Assembly (NCBI RefSeq): GCF_902459465.1
Contig: NC_047062.1
Coordinates: forward strand, 12,586,001-12,650,000
Direction of reading: 5' to 3'
Source of the DNA: Asterias rubens
Lineage: Eukaryota
DNA length: 64,000 nt
The notes under the pieces were generated by a model. The model was given only the letters and a program-made list of their open reading frames with translations. It did no database searches and was not told the origin of the DNA. Positions within the stretch are counted from its first letter, which is position 1, and each line of letters begins with the position of its first letter. Position numbers and translations under genes: made by a program. Positions 61,301-64,000 of the stretch are shown piece by piece.

Positions 61301-64000
61301 AGTTCCCCCACCGTACACTAAAGCCCGGTTCATACTTCCTGCGAATGCGAATGCGAAGCGACTTTGACGTAACTTTGACATTCGTATCGCATTCGCAGGA
61401 AGTATGAACCGGGCTTAACGGAGGTAGGCAATTAAAAAGAGGGCGCTTACAGAAGAAGTGTGTGCATAGTTTGCCGTATGAGTCCTCCGTTTACAACCAA
61501 ATTTGACCTCCATTTAAACACATATTCCCCCGATGATCGAAATGTAATTTAATCCAAGACCATCTACTCATATTAATGCAATTATGTTTGCGTTGTTAAA
61601 CACACTATTTCACCCTTATCATTTATTTATTTAAACTATACCAGACACCCTCACCCCCTTTTACAGGGAAAAATGCGCTTTACAGACTAAATATGTAAAG
61701 TAAGAAGCCAATTAACATGCCGCTAAATATTGTCAAAGTTATATTATATTAGAGTAAATAATATAGGCTAAGAGTTTGAAAGGGTGTCGGTTCCTTTTGT
61801 AGGTTTTTGAACATGACAGGGATCCCTAAACTCATGGTAGACGTATGTAAAACTTACCTGTAGATGTTTCACCTTCTTGTGTCGTCAAGTTTTTTAGAGA
61901 AAAAAAGGTGAAAATCAGGGAGTGATGTTTTCAGGAGACTCTCTTTATGACACTACTGGTAAATACGTTGTACAAATTAGAATGATGTTTGTCTCCTGAG
62001 ACGAACATTACTTTCGTGACATTGTTTTACTCATTTCTCAGAAACTACAGCACCTCAGCAAGAATTTTTTTAAGCGGGTATATTTTGACCATCATTATCT
62101 TCAAACTGTGTAAAAAAAATGTAAACCTGCGGACATTATGTTTTGTGTCGTACAAAAAGTACACAAAACCTTTATAGACACTGGACACTATTGGTAGTTG
62201 TCAAAGACCAGTCTTCTCACTTGATGTATCTCAACACATGCATAAAATAACAGACCTGAGAAAATTTGATCTCAATCGGTCGTCAAAGTTGCAAAATAAC
62301 AATGAAAGAAAATAAAAACACTTGTCACACGAAGTTGTGTGCTTTCAGATGCTTGATTTCGAGACCTCAATTTCAGAATCTGAGGTCTCGAAATCATTTC
62401 GTGGAAAATTACATCTTTCTCGAAAAGTACTCCTCTTCAGAGGGAGCCGTTTCTCATAATGTTTTATACTACCAACCTCTCCAAATTACTCGTTAACAAG
62501 TAAGTTTTATGCTAATAATTATTTTGAGTAGTTATCAATAGTGTCCACTGCCTTTAAACAATATCTGTTTATCAAACTTGCAGAATAATAGAAACGTTTC
62601 GATTGCTGATCAAACAAAGATACTCAACCGAGTTCTGAGTAGGTCTCTATACGAGAAAAAAGACAACTAATATATCAAAACTACGGCATAAGGAAGCCGT
62701 ATCCGCAGTTGTTGGAATCCATCCTGATGAAGAATCTTCCGGAGCCGTCTCGTTTCTCTGCATGGATGCCCATCCGGGGGCATGTCCCGCTGCAATAGGG
62801 CGGCCAGATCCGAGTCAGGGTGGCGAAGGAACAGGTTCGGCCGGGCTGAATGTAGAAGTTCTTCATGCTGGATAAGTAGTAGTCAATTGCTCGCATGTGA
62901 CTGCAGTGGACGACAAACGTACAGCCTGGTTGGTCGAGGTCGCCATGGTTAGGATAAAAGTCTTGGTGACCCACCTGTGTCAGAGGTATTCATTCATATC
63001 ATTAATTTAACACAAAGATTAGGTGCACAAAATGCCATTTTACTTTTTAATTAGGGGTTCGAGCTTCAGCCGAACACATCTTCTTTTGAGGCTATTTTTT
63101 CGGGCTAAACAAAAACTTACCGGTTCATAAAGTCCGAACAGATGGACGGGTCCATCCGTATGGATGACGTCAACAAAGTCAGCGTCAGTTCTATCCAAAT
63201 GGCAATCTGAAGTGCCGAGGTACTCCCTGAAACCCGGTCTCGCAGGGTCGAGGCCTGTATAGGGTAAACTCACAATTATAAAGAGCCAAATAATAACTGC
63301 TATGTGTAAAATTTTTGGTTGGCCGATCAGTTTGACCCGAAATTTAAATAAATTTAAAAATAAGGCACATACTAGTTTTTACCATTGATAATTATATCAA
63401 CTTCGTTCTCATCGGTGTATAACCTTGCCTGGCCATGTTTTTTCTTTCCCAGAGTGCCTTGCCCGATCGTAACCCACTGGAAGTGTGATTTGAAAGTATC
63501 GAAATATATTGAATGTTTAAAATAGTTTTTATCATCAATCCATAATGTGTAGTACGCAAAACGCGCGAGGTGCCGGGCTGGGGTTGCCTGTCCGATTCAG
63601 CTAAAACAATCGCGGTCTCAGCTAGATTTTAACTCAAGTCTAGATGTATACCTGAAATACGCCCGATCTGTCCGTGTAAAAACATGCCAGTGTACCCTGC
63701 CAGATGGGCACCAAGGCTGTGCCCCAACATGTGGACGTCTTCGTACTGTAAACCTCGACGCTCGTGCAACTCCTCCAGCAGTAAGGCAAGTTCCTTTGCA
63801 ACCAGTACGATATCCATCACACTCTTTTGATAATGAAGGCGACTCCATCGGGACGATGGCCAACTCACCATGATGATGTTGTAGTTGTCCTGTATAATAT
63901 GACAGTATTGTTTTATTAGTGTTATAAGATTTGGCCTGCTGGCGTATTTTTTCCCCAGATGAGATGAGGCCACTTAGCATGCGACCATTAAATGGTAAGT
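55335..64000 (+). repeat. Segmental duplication copy 2 (runs off the right edge)
   Basis: Matches 37060-46340. Confidence 0.95.
62681..63889 (-). CDS. Duplicate lipase gene, last three coding exons (5' exons beyond the right edge)
   Basis: Exons 63889-63652 (GHSLG), 63254-63121 (LDPA, IHTD) and 62974-62681 (GHQDFYPN..CSH..stop); splice sites and frame intact. Confidence 0.92.

Overview
AT-rich, intron-rich eukaryotic genomic DNA. It is probably from a marine invertebrate deuterostome such as a sea star; this is an inference from the gene and repeat content, not a database result. Genes reconstructed by hand with phase-consistent GT-AG junctions: DPH6 (minus strand, six coding exons, runs off the left edge) head-to-head with a complete GOLGA5/golgin-84 (plus strand, 12 coding exons, 756 aa); a single-exon class A GPCR (minus); and a cluster of secreted pancreatic-lipase-family genes (minus). 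The cluster has one complete 5-exon gene (345 aa), one apparently orphan terminal exon of a second paralog, and a partial near-identical copy inside an ~18 kb direct segmental duplication (37.06-46.3 kb repeated at 55.3-64.0 kb). Non-coding DNA is dense with TTAA-flanked Kolobok/T2-type MITEs (some stacked end to end), Harbinger-, Academ- and Mutator/hAT-like MITEs, tRNA-derived SINEs, an L2-type LINE fragment, Penelope-like remnants, and two minisatellites (42 bp and 31 bp units). The most striking signal is in the two lipase copies. The catalytic-serine exon differs by one silent change, while the two downstream exons carry 19 amino-acid replacements plus one codon insertion against only 3 silent changes, many in or next to the beta9 loop and a miniaturised lid. 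This suggests a mini-lid, PLAT-less, PLA1-like lipase family under diversifying selection.
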